Source: Bacillota bacterium
GTDB taxonomy: Bacteria; Bacillota; Limnochordia; Darwinibacteriales; DTU012
Reading direction: 5' to 3'
DNA: 46,048 nt
Assembly (NCBI GenBank): GCA_012798795.1
Contig: JAAZMN010000131.1
Span: 1-46,048 of the forward strand
Made by a program: the position numbers and the translations under genes. Under the pieces are notes generated by a model. That model was given only the letters and a program-made list of their open reading frames with translations. It searched no databases and was not told the origin of the DNA. Shown piece by piece: positions 18,170-26,929 of this stretch (within the stretch, counting starts at the first letter, position 1; each line of letters starts with the position of its first letter).

Positions 18170-18919
18170 ATGATCAATATAATACTTGGCGATGATAATA
18201 TAACATATACCAGTGATATTGTAACAAATCTCAACAAACAGACAGATATTAATCTCAAAGGATTCGCTAATAATGTCGAGGATTTTATGGGAAAAGTAGA
18301 ACAAGATCCACCGGAAATAGCGGTATTGGACTTTATGGACCCAATTGAAAAAGGATTAAGACTTATAGACCGTATTCTCAGAGAATATCAGCTTAGCGTT
18401 ATTGTGATTTCAGATGTTGATGATGATAATTTCGTTGCTGCACTTCGGGATATTGGAGTAGCTTATTATCTTATGAAACCATTTAGTTGGGAAACTTTGG
18501 TGCAGCGGATAAAATATGTACATGAATATCATGAAAATATGTTTAATCTGTTCTATGTTCATGATCGACGGTTAATTCAGCAGTTTTTAATTGATTATTT
18601 CTCTGCATTAGGTATTCCTCCATATCTAAAGGGGCATCGATATTTGTTAGATGCTGTTATGTTGGTTAGTCAGGATAATTCGTGGTTAAACGGTATAACC
18701 AAAAGGCTGTATCCTGCAGTCGCACGATGTAATAGAACGTCAGCCAGTCATGTTGAACGTACGATACGTTATGCAATTGATACAGCTTGGTCAAAGGGAG
18801 ATTTTGCCCAATTACAGCAGCTGTTTCCTTATACCATTGATCCAGAAAAAGGCAAACCAACTAATTCAGCGTTTATTGCCAAAATGGCAGATATTATTAA
18901 TTTTCATTTTAAGTATTAA
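18170..18919 (+). CDS. spo0A: Sporulation master regulator Spo0A (divergent)
   Basis: The receiver domain has DD (8-9), a phospho-acceptor Asp in AVLDFMDP and Lys in YLMKPF. The Spo0A-specific C-terminal domain contains GIPPYLKGHRYLLDAV, ITKRLYPAVARCNRTSASHVERTIRYAIDTAW and KPTNSAFIAKMAD. Confidence 0.88.
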   Translation: MINIILGDDNITYTSDIVTNLNKQTDINLKGFANNVEDFMGKVEQDPPEIAVLDFMDPIEKGLRLIDRILREYQLSVIVISDVDDDNFVAALRDIGVAYYLMKPFSWETLVQRIKYVHEYHENMFNLFYVHDRRLIQQFLIDYFSALGIPPYLKGHRYLLDAVMLVSQDNSWLNGITKRLYPAVARCNRTSASHVERTIRYAIDTAWSKGDFAQLQQLFPYTIDPEKGKPTNSAFIAKMADIINFHFKY

Positions 18920-18953
18920 ATGATTAAATTTGCAGGTAAATATACATATTAGT

Positions 18954-18990
18954 AAGGACGAAGACAAAATGTTTTCGTCCTTTGTCATTG
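18954..18990 (+). terminator. Hairpin terminator after spo0A
   Basis: AAGGACGAA (18954-18962) pairs with TTCGTCCTT (18974-18982), 9 bp with an 11-nt loop. The trailing T tract is short (TTTGT). Confidence 0.5.
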
Positions 18991-19005
18991 TTAAGAGGTG
19001 TTATT

Positions 19006-20127
19006 ATGTATCAAGGGATAGTAAGACTAGGAACTAAAACTAAAGATTTAGCAAAGAGACTCAAACCCGGGGAAATTGCTTTAATCGATCATCAAGATCT
19101 AGATGCAATGGGAGCACTTGGATTAGCAGAAACCGGAATTGAGGTAGTACTGAATGCTGCAGATTCCATTACAGGTCGCTATCCAAATCTTGGTCCTAAA
19201 TTGTTACTAGAAAGAAAAATTAAGGTCATTGATCAGTTGGGGCAAGATGTTTTTGCTGAGGTTAAAGATGGCGAACAGCTGCGAATTGTCGAAAACAGCA
19301 TATACTTAAATGATAATTGTATAGCCGCAGGGCGACTGCTAGATCAAAATTTTGTTTTGACAGCTATGGAACAGGCTAAAGCAAACATTGATAATGAAAT
19401 TGATAAATTTGTGGATAATACCATAGAATACATGCAGAAAGAAAAGGATTTGTGGTTAACTGAATTTAGGATACCAAAAATTAAAACAGCTATAGCTGAC
19501 AGACATGTGGTAGTTGTTGTACGGGGAATAAACTATCAGGAGGATCTTAGTGTAATAGGTTCATATATTGAAGAAATGACCCCGGTATTAATTGGAGTGG
19601 ACGGAGGAGCAGATGCTCTAATAGAATTCAAACACAAACCTGATATCATTATCGGCGATATGGATAGTATAACAGATCAAGCACTAAAAGTTGGTGCAGA
19701 AATACTAGTCCATGCTTATCCCGACGGCCGCTGTCCCGGTGCCAAACGATTATCTGAACTAGGTGTTAGATATAAAATTTTTCCTGCTCCGGGTACAAGT
19801 GAAGATATTGCACTGCTTCTAGCTTATGAATTGGGAGCACAGCTAATTGTAGCAGTTGGACTTCATTCAAATCTTATAGACTTTCTGGAAAAAGGCAGGC
19901 CGGGAATGGCATCAACATTCTTGACTCGCATGAAAATAGGTTCAATTCTAGTTGATGCTAAAGGAGTAAGTCAGCTGTATACTGGGAAATCGGGGCTGCT
20001 GCACTTACCATTATTAATTGCTGCATTAATTCCAATTATTTTAATAATTATGCTGGCAGCGCCTTGGCGTGGTCTAATTAGGCTTTTATGGCTGCAGATT
20101 AGGCTGTTTATAGGAGGAATACTATAA
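19006..20127 (+). CDS. steA: SteA-family protein (putative cytokinetic-ring-associated, thiamine pyrophosphokinase-like domain)
   Basis: The N-terminus, VRLGTKTKDLAKRLKPGEIALIDHQDLD...NAADSITGRYPNLGP, matches the SteA family. There is a central TPK-like GDMDS motif and a C-terminal TM. ATG 19006 follows AGAGGTG. Confidence 0.75.
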   Translation: MYQGIVRLGTKTKDLAKRLKPGEIALIDHQDLDAMGALGLAETGIEVVLNAADSITGRYPNLGPKLLLERKIKVIDQLGQDVFAEVKDGEQLRIVENSIYLNDNCIAAGRLLDQNFVLTAMEQAKANIDNEIDKFVDNTIEYMQKEKDLWLTEFRIPKIKTAIADRHVVVVVRGINYQEDLSVIGSYIEEMTPVLIGVDGGADALIEFKHKPDIIIGDMDSITDQALKVGAEILVHAYPDGRCPGAKRLSELGVRYKIFPAPGTSEDIALLLAYELGAQLIVAVGLHSNLIDFLEKGRPGMASTFLTRMKIGSILVDAKGVSQLYTGKSGLLHLPLLIAALIPIILIIMLAAPWRGLIRLLWLQIRLFIGGIL

Positions 20128-20128
20128 T

Positions 20129-20845
20129 ATGCATATCGGATTTAGATACCATATTGCTTCATTGGTCGCTGTTTTTTTCAGCCTTTTTCTCGGAATTTTG
20201 GTAGGCAGCATTCTATTTCAGGATGATTTATTAATTCAAGAACAGGATATTATAATCGGTGAATTAGAAACTCGCTTTGAGGAATTGGAATTACTGATTT
20301 ATACAATGCAGGGTAATTTAAACAAAAAAAATGAAAAAGAACAGATGCTAACAATGGGTTGGGATCAAATTCGCAGTGTTTTTATTGCTGACAGGCTAAC
20401 CGAGCATGATGTAATTTTTTATAAAAGTAATGATTCATATAATATTAAAAGGCTCGTCACTTTAGTTGAAGAAGCGGGGGCTAGTGTTCTTGGGTGTTTT
20501 AACTGGCCGCAGGAATATGATCAATTAAAAGTACAGATCAGTAAATTAAGATTAAATGAAAAGCATGAACAGATTGTAATTATTTGGGCAGAGGATTCGT
20601 TGATTGATATCGCTTTACAAGGAATTGACTATTTTAAGGAACTTGGTTGGAAAATAAGTCTGCTTCAGCCATTTTTAAGCGGTGTTTCAATGCAGAACCT
20701 GGCTTCAGAAGCACTGATAGTCAATAATGCCGATACGTTTTTAGGAGAACTAGCGTTAATTCAAGGGCTTAGTGGAAATTTAAGTGGAATTTATGGTTAT
20801 AAAAACAATGCAGTTAATCTATTACCCGTATTGGATATGGAGTAG
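20129..20845 (+). CDS. MctB/DUF3186-like ('copper transporter' family) membrane-anchored protein
   Basis: The N-terminus FRYHIASLVAVFFSLFLGILVGS is the characteristic family signature. It starts 1 nt after the steA stop. Confidence 0.6.
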   Translation: MHIGFRYHIASLVAVFFSLFLGILVGSILFQDDLLIQEQDIIIGELETRFEELELLIYTMQGNLNKKNEKEQMLTMGWDQIRSVFIADRLTEHDVIFYKSNDSYNIKRLVTLVEEAGASVLGCFNWPQEYDQLKVQISKLRLNEKHEQIVIIWAEDSLIDIALQGIDYFKELGWKISLLQPFLSGVSMQNLASEALIVNNADTFLGELALIQGLSGNLSGIYGYKNNAVNLLPVLDME

Positions 20846-20854
20846 CTGAAAAAC

Positions 20855-21538
20855 ATGAAAATTACAGCATTAGTTCCAGCTTATAACGAAGCTGAAAATA
20901 TAGCAGACACTATTCTGGCTGTTACTGGAATTGACCAGATTAATCAAATAGTGGTTATTGATGACGGTTCAACAGATAATACTGCCAAAATCGCTGCCGA
21001 ATATCCGGTTGAATTAATTACTTTAGTAGAAAACCAAGGTAAAGGACAAGCCTTAAACGCAGGATGGCGCAGTTATTCTGCTGACATTTATTTGTTGATT
21101 GATGCGGATTTAAGAGCAAGTGCAATTTATGCTAAAGAGCTGCTGCCGCCGATTATCTCTGGTAAATACGATATGAGCATCGCCAATTTTTCTTCAGATC
21201 AAGCAGCTGAAAATCAGGGTAAAATGGGTTTCGGGATTGCAAAAACAACGGCAAAGTGGGGAATTAAACTATTGACGGGACACAGATCTAACAGCCCATT
21301 GTCAGGGCAGCGGGCAGTTGTCAGTGAAGTGCTTCAAAGCTGTGGTGGTTTTGCTGAAGATTTTGGCTGTGAGGTTGCATTAACCATTAAAGCACTGAAA
21401 CAGGGATATCGTTTAATCGAAGTGGATTTACCAATGACCCATCGAGCTACCGGAAGAGATCTAGCCGGATTTAAACACCGCGGCAGACAGTTTTTTATGG
21501 TCATTAAACAGTTATATAAGGCTTGGAGGAATTACTAG
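20855..21538 (+). CDS. Family 2 glycosyltransferase
   Basis: GT-A fold: ALVPAYNEAENI, VIDDGSTDNT and a DAD (DxD) motif at LIDADL. Confidence 0.8.
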   Translation: MKITALVPAYNEAENIADTILAVTGIDQINQIVVIDDGSTDNTAKIAAEYPVELITLVENQGKGQALNAGWRSYSADIYLLIDADLRASAIYAKELLPPIISGKYDMSIANFSSDQAAENQGKMGFGIAKTTAKWGIKLLTGHRSNSPLSGQRAVVSEVLQSCGGFAEDFGCEVALTIKALKQGYRLIEVDLPMTHRATGRDLAGFKHRGRQFFMVIKQLYKAWRNY

Positions 21539-21539
21539 A

Positions 21540-22346
21540 TTGTACCGGGTATTAGTGCTGACAGCGATTAACTTTTTATTAACCGTGTATTTAATGCCGA
21601 TGCTAACTGAGATGATCAGGCCGCGTCAAGCAGGTCTGAATTATCAGAACCAAGAGGTTCCTATAGGGCTTGGTCTGGTGTTTATATTGACCGTAGTGCC
21701 TATAACAGTACTAGCGATTTTTTTAAGAGCAGTACCTCTTAGCACAGGTGTTATATATATTATAACTATTTTGAGTTTTGGATTCTTGGGTATAATTGAT
21801 GATACCATCGGCAGTCGGGAAGCTCGTGGCTTTACAGGACATTTTCGTGCTTTATTCCAAGGTTTATTAACAACCGGTGCGATAAAAGCTCTATTCGGGG
21901 TAATTCTCGCTTTTTTAGTTGCTGTAATTAAAGCAGACGGAGTAATTAATACTATTTTAAATGTTTTCAGTATTACATTGTTTGCCAACCTGTTTAACTT
22001 ATTGGACGTTCGGCCAGGAAGGGCAGGCAAGTTTTATCTATTTTGGTTTTTACTCTCATATATTTTTGGCTATCCCTCGATAATAATGCTTTTTCTATTG
22101 GCTGCTGTAATCGGATATCTGCCTTGGGATTTGAAAGCCGAAGTGATGATGGGTGATGTAGGTTCAAATGTGCTAGGGGCTATAATCGGATTAAGTGTAA
22201 CGGAATTTTCAATTACAAATAAGGTAATTGTTGTAGTAGTATTAGCAATAATCCATTTATATGCTGAAAAAGCCTCCTTATCACAGTTGATTGAAAAAAT
22301 CCCCATTCTTAATTATATTGATAACATAGGGCGAAAAAAAGTCTAG
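21540..22346 (+). CDS. Polytopic membrane protein, MraY/WecA-like (GT4 polyprenyl-phosphate sugar-phosphate transferase family)
   Basis: About 8 TM helices with GIIDD and NLLDVRPGRAGK loops resembling the GT4 cytoplasmic loops. The TTG start is adjacent to the GT2 stop. Confidence 0.6.
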   Translation: MYRVLVLTAINFLLTVYLMPMLTEMIRPRQAGLNYQNQEVPIGLGLVFILTVVPITVLAIFLRAVPLSTGVIYIITILSFGFLGIIDDTIGSREARGFTGHFRALFQGLLTTGAIKALFGVILAFLVAVIKADGVINTILNVFSITLFANLFNLLDVRPGRAGKFYLFWFLLSYIFGYPSIIMLFLLAAVIGYLPWDLKAEVMMGDVGSNVLGAIIGLSVTEFSITNKVIVVVVLAIIHLYAEKASLSQLIEKIPILNYIDNIGRKKV

Positions 22347-22407
22347 AGGCAATAATTTGCAGGTAAAAAGTTTACGCCTGTAGAATTATAAAATCACCCC
22401 CACCTTA

Positions 22408-24486
22408 TTGGAGGCGATTTTTTTGAGTTATTTGAGCGATTTTTTTCAGCCAGATGGCCCCCTTGCTTCTCTAGAGGGTTACGAATATCGAGCGCAACAG
22501 CAAAAAATGGCTGATTTAGTTTATCAAATTTTAGAAAAAGGTCATATTGGAATTATTGAAGCAGGAACCGGTACAGGTAAATCTTTAGCTTATTTATATC
22601 CTGCTATTTGTTTTGCTTTGGATAAGGGAGAAAAGGTAGTTATTTCTACTAATACTATCAATCTTCAGGAACAGCTTTTAGAAAAAGATATTCCTGTGCT
22701 AAAGAAACTCGGCTGTAAGTTTAAAGCGGTTGTTGCTAAAGGCTGGAGTAATTACCCCTGTTGGGAGAAAGTATGTGATATGCTGGTTGGTTTAGAAGAT
22801 AACTTCGAAAGACAGTCGCTGTTAGAACTTGATCTGAGTTTAAGCCAGGATCAAAATGCTGCTCAGGAAGTATTTGCAAGTCTACCCTTGGACCTAAAAG
22901 CAGAAATTGAGGCAGAATCAGACCTATGCATTCGCAGTAAGTGTAGTTATTTTAATCAATGTCCGGTTTTTACCAATCGGCGCCTTGCTGAAGAAGCAGA
23001 TATAGTAATAGTTAATCATCATTTGCTTTTGGCTGATGTTTGTGTGCGACAGCAAGTCGGTTGGGATACGGCAGCAGTATTACCGGCTTATCAGCATATT
23101 ATTTTTGATGAAGCACATCATCTTGAAGATATTGCTACAGACTACTTTGGATTGCGAATATCATTAAACAGAACAAGAAGATTACTCGGTTGTTTTTATC
23201 GGAGTCAATCAAAAAATCGAGGTATTTTACAGCATTTAAGATTCAGTCTATCATTTAACAGCGATGAGCAGGATAATCAAGATGTATTGATGCTTATCGA
23301 CTGGAAGCTTCTTCCTCAGATCCGTATTGTAGATGAAGCAGCAGTAAGATTTTTTAAAGTTTTAGAAGAGCATCTTAATCAGGCGGATAATCAAAAACAT
23401 CTATTGATTTCCTATGGAGGACTAGAAACACCGCCCATTCTTGAAAATTATGATAGATTTTATACTGCTTTTTTAACTTTGGAGAGAGGCTTAAAAGAAC
23501 TTTCTTCAATGATAGATTCTGTTGAGGAGAAGGATAAGCTGCTTCCATTTATACGGCGTGTAGAGCTGTTTAGATCGGATCTGGAATTTCTCATGGAAGT
23601 TAAATCGAAGGATTATGTTTATTGGCTGAAATCATTACCAAAATACAGCGGTGTTGTTCTGCAGGCTGCTCCTATTCAGGTTGGCGGCGAGATACGAGAA
23701 CACTTACTTTATCAAGTTAGCACTGCAGTATTTACCAGCGCAACATTGTCAGTGAATAAAGAGTTCAATTATTTTCGCAGCAGTGTAGGAATAGATAATA
23801 ATGAGAATTGGGATCTTGCAGAAGAAATATTTCTTTCACCATTTGATTATCAGCAGCAGGTATATTTAGGAATAGCAAAAGATTTACCTTTTCCAGGTTC
23901 GCAAGATTTTGTAAAACTATTTACCCGTCAGTTGGAACAAATTTTAGATATTACTCAAGGCAGAGCATTTCTCTTGTTTACATCATACAGGATGATGAAT
24001 GAAGTAATAGATGAGACAAGAAAGTTGGGGCTTGATGAGAAGTATAATTTTTTGGTTCAAGGAGAAATGCCGCGAAATTTGATGGTGGATAGATTCAAGA
24101 CAGAATTGAAAACCGTACTTTTAGGAACAGACAGCTTTTGGGAAGGAGTAGATGTTGCAGGAGAGGCTTTATCTACTGTTATTATTACCAAACTGCCTTT
24201 TCGAGTGCCTACCGATCCAATTACTGCCATGCGAAGCGAATATATCAAGGCTGATGGCAGGAATCCATTTGTAGAATATTATCTACCACAGGCAGTGTTA
24301 AAATTCCGTCAAGGCTTTGGACGTTTAATACGGACTAAATCAGACAAAGGATTTATACTTATCTGTGATCGACGGATAAAAGAACGAAATTACGGAAAAC
24401 ATTTCTTAGATTCATTACCTAACTGTACCGTTAAGTATGAGAATTTAGCCCAGATTAGACAGGAGGTAAAATCATGGCTTTCATAA
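22408..24486 (+). CDS. dinG: XPD/DinG-type ATP-dependent DNA helicase with Fe-S cluster domain
   Basis: Walker A (EAGTGTGKSLAY), DEAH box (FDEAHHLED) and four Cys candidates (NYPC...C..., CSYFNQC) between motifs I and II. C-terminal helicase motifs include WEGVDV. An alternative TTG start at 22423 lies 8 nt after GGAGG (22410-22414). Confidence 0.85.
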   Translation: MEAIFLSYLSDFFQPDGPLASLEGYEYRAQQQKMADLVYQILEKGHIGIIEAGTGTGKSLAYLYPAICFALDKGEKVVISTNTINLQEQLLEKDIPVLKKLGCKFKAVVAKGWSNYPCWEKVCDMLVGLEDNFERQSLLELDLSLSQDQNAAQEVFASLPLDLKAEIEAESDLCIRSKCSYFNQCPVFTNRRLAEEADIVIVNHHLLLADVCVRQQVGWDTAAVLPAYQHIIFDEAHHLEDIATDYFGLRISLNRTRRLLGCFYRSQSKNRGILQHLRFSLSFNSDEQDNQDVLMLIDWKLLPQIRIVDEAAVRFFKVLEEHLNQADNQKHLLISYGGLETPPILENYDRFYTAFLTLERGLKELSSMIDSVEEKDKLLPFIRRVELFRSDLEFLMEVKSKDYVYWLKSLPKYSGVVLQAAPIQVGGEIREHLLYQVSTAVFTSATLSVNKEFNYFRSSVGIDNNENWDLAEEIFLSPFDYQQQVYLGIAKDLPFPGSQDFVKLFTRQLEQILDITQGRAFLLFTSYRMMNEVIDETRKLGLDEKYNFLVQGEMPRNLMVDRFKTELKTVLLGTDSFWEGVDVAGEALSTVIITKLPFRVPTDPITAMRSEYIKADGRNPFVEYYLPQAVLKFRQGFGRLIRTKSDKGFILICDRRIKERNYGKHFLDSLPNCTVKYENLAQIRQEVKSWLS

Positions 24487-25058
24487 TTACTGTATTGGTT
24501 TTCTTCTTATTATTGACAGCTAACGCTCAAGTAGTTGAGACAGTATATATTGTTCAGCCTGGAGATACAATATCGGAGATTGCATCAGAACACGGTTTAG
24601 ATTGGCAGTATTTAGCTGATTTTAATGGGATTGATAATCCGTTATTGATGCGTTCAGGAATGCAATTAAGGATTCCCACTAAGAAATATATAATTTGTTT
24701 CAGCTCTGAAGAACGAGAATTGCTGGCTAAATTGATTCATGCTGAGGCAAGAGGGGAAACTTTAGAGGGGCAGATTGCAGTGGGAGCAGTGGTTGTAAAT
24801 CGAGTTAAAAGCGATTTATTCCCCGACTCTATTAAGGAAGTGATTTACCAAACTGGACAGTTTACTCCAGTGGAAAAGGGAGGTCTACCGGTAATACCGC
24901 AAAGTAGTGCTGTTGAAGCGGCTGAAAGGGCATTAGCGGGAGAAGATCCTACTCAAGGAGCTTTATATTTCTATAATCCTGACATTGCGGCTTCTCCAAA
25001 GTTTTGGGAGAGCCGTCCGGTGATTAAGCAAATAGGCAATCACAACTTTACACTTTGA
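24474..25058 (+). CDS. LysM-domain cell wall hydrolase (SleB-type Hydrolase_2 domain)
   Basis: Signal peptide and a LysM domain (YIVQPGDTISEIASEHGLDWQYLADFNGI). The SleB-like catalytic domain contains LLAKLIHAEARGE...GQIAVGAVVVNRV...VIYQTGQFTPV. The ATG overlaps the helicase 3' end. Confidence 0.8.
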   Translation: MAFIITVLVFFLLLTANAQVVETVYIVQPGDTISEIASEHGLDWQYLADFNGIDNPLLMRSGMQLRIPTKKYIICFSSEERELLAKLIHAEARGETLEGQIAVGAVVVNRVKSDLFPDSIKEVIYQTGQFTPVEKGGLPVIPQSSAVEAAERALAGEDPTQGALYFYNPDIAASPKFWESRPVIKQIGNHNFTL

Positions 25059-25089
25059 GGCAAATACTTGTTATTTGTCTTTTTTTTTT
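25059..25089 (+). terminator. Rho-independent terminator
   Basis: GGCAAATA (25059-25066), loop CTTGT, then TATTTGTC (25072-25079), followed by a T9 run (25081-25089). Confidence 0.5.
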
Positions 25090-25119
25090 GAATATAAATA
25101 CATGAGGAGGGGATTTCAC

Positions 25120-25899
25120 ATGCGTATTTGGGTGGTTAAACTGAATCTGACTCATGTATTATGTTTAATAGTTATGGTACTTCTAGGAATCAGTATAATC
25201 TATGAAGGACTGCAGCCGATGTACTCACGTGTTATAAGCGTGATGACTAATAGACTACTGCCAATTTATTCTGTTAATACCAATAATAACAAGTTGGCAA
25301 TTTCTTTTGATGCTACTTGGGGAACGAATTTGACGGATGAGATACTGTCTATTCTTGATGAATATAATGTTAAGACTACGTTTTTCCTTGCCGGATATTG
25401 GGTAGATAAGCATCCGCAGTATGTGATTCGTATTGCTCAAGGAGGTCATGAAATTGGGAATCATAGTTATTCTCATCCACATATGAACTCACTAGCTTTT
25501 AATGAAATAGTTAAGGAATTGGAGAAAAATCATGCGATGATTTATGACCTTACACAGCAGGATTCATTCTTATTTAGGCCTCCATTTGGTGAGTATAACA
25601 ACACTGTAATAAAAGCTGCAGATTCGTTAGGCTATTATACAATTCAGTGGTCAGTTGATTCGCTTGATTGGAAAAATACTACGGTTGATCAAATTTATCA
25701 GCGAGTGATGCAGAATATCAAAGCCGGAGATATTGTGCTGTTTCACAATGCTGCACCGTCAACACCCGATGCACTGCGCCGGATCATTCCTCAATTATTA
25801 GCACGTGACTATGAGATTGTTCCTGTATCTGAATTAATTTATCGTGAAAACTACTATATTGATCACAATGGTACTCAACATCTAAGGAAGGGAGAGTAA
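25120..25899 (+). CDS. Polysaccharide deacetylase (NodB-type, PdaA/PdaB-like)
   Basis: NodB motifs are FDATWG, HEIGNHSYSHP, RPPFGEYN and LFHN. ATG 25120 follows GAGGAGGGG. There is an N-terminal TM. Confidence 0.85.
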   Translation: MRIWVVKLNLTHVLCLIVMVLLGISIIYEGLQPMYSRVISVMTNRLLPIYSVNTNNNKLAISFDATWGTNLTDEILSILDEYNVKTTFFLAGYWVDKHPQYVIRIAQGGHEIGNHSYSHPHMNSLAFNEIVKELEKNHAMIYDLTQQDSFLFRPPFGEYNNTVIKAADSLGYYTIQWSVDSLDWKNTTVDQIYQRVMQNIKAGDIVLFHNAAPSTPDALRRIIPQLLARDYEIVPVSELIYRENYYIDHNGTQHLRKGE

Positions 25900-25905
25900 G
25901 AAATA

Positions 25906-26898
25906 GTGTCAAATAGTAAATGGTTTTCGCTAGTTATTACCAGAAAGACATTGTTAATTGGAATAATCATTTTTTTAATAATTATTGCTGTTCTGACCCA
26001 TGCAGCGATCTACGAATATATTGAGAGACGAATGTATGGAGTAAAGCCAGGTGTAGTTATCTTAGGTCATGATTTAGGTGGTTTACTAGAGCATGAATTA
26101 TATGATGCTTTGATCAGTATTAGTGAAGGCGAAACTGTTGAAGTTCAAAACGCAAGTTATGATTGGCATAGTAACATAGTATATCCTGAGAGAATTGGAA
26201 AAGTAATAGATATTGGAGCAACTATTAATTCCATAATGCAGGCTCCGGCAAATTCACAAGTAGAATTTTCATTAATTTATGTCATTCCTTCCATTACTCA
26301 AGCTCATTTTAGTCCTTTTTATCATGGTGCGGTTGATGAACAAAAATTTAGTCTGATGATTAATGTTGATTGGGGGAATGAATATATCCCTTCAATGTTG
26401 GATACATTTAAACGCTATGATGTGTTGACTACATGGTTTCTTACAGGTAATTGGGTAGAACGGTTTCCCGAATTGGCTTTGAAAATTGCTGAGGCAGGTC
26501 ATGAGCTAGGTAATCACGGTGGCTGGCACGGAAAAGCAAGTGAGATGAATGCCGATCAGGTAAGGGACTTAATCTTGACAGGTGAGGAGAAGATTGTGGA
26601 TATTACTGGGCAGAAACCAATGCTGTTCGCCCCCCCTGGCGGTGATATGAACAAACAGACGGCAGCTGTGGCTGCTGAGTTAGGCTATAAGACAATTATG
26701 TGGACTATCGATACTGTTGATTGGCAGAGACCTGCTCCGACAGTGATTATTGATCGAGTTATTACTCGTATCCAAAACGGCGCATTTGTGTTGATGCACC
26801 CTACGGAGCCTACTGCTTATGCATTACCTTTAATAATTGAACAACTTAGAGAAAAAGGTTATGAGATTGTTCCTGTTTCCCAGCTGTTATATGAATAA
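25906..26898 (+). CDS. Polysaccharide deacetylase family protein with N-terminal extension
   Basis: An N-terminal TM and a domain of about 130 aa of unknown function. The NodB domain contains NVDWG, HELGNHGGWH, APPGGD and LMHP. The start is GTG. Confidence 0.8.
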   Translation: MSNSKWFSLVITRKTLLIGIIIFLIIIAVLTHAAIYEYIERRMYGVKPGVVILGHDLGGLLEHELYDALISISEGETVEVQNASYDWHSNIVYPERIGKVIDIGATINSIMQAPANSQVEFSLIYVIPSITQAHFSPFYHGAVDEQKFSLMINVDWGNEYIPSMLDTFKRYDVLTTWFLTGNWVERFPELALKIAEAGHELGNHGGWHGKASEMNADQVRDLILTGEEKIVDITGQKPMLFAPPGGDMNKQTAAVAAELGYKTIMWTIDTVDWQRPAPTVIIDRVITRIQNGAFVLMHPTEPTAYALPLIIEQLREKGYEIVPVSQLLYE

Positions 26899-26925
26899 AA
26901 AGAGTTCCTGAGCGGAACTCTTTAT
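26897..26925. terminator. Bidirectional terminator between convergent genes
   Basis: AAAGAGTTCC (26899-26908), loop TGAGC, then GGAACTCTTT (26914-26923). The T run is better on the minus-strand reading. Confidence 0.7.
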
Positions 26926-26929
26926 TAAG

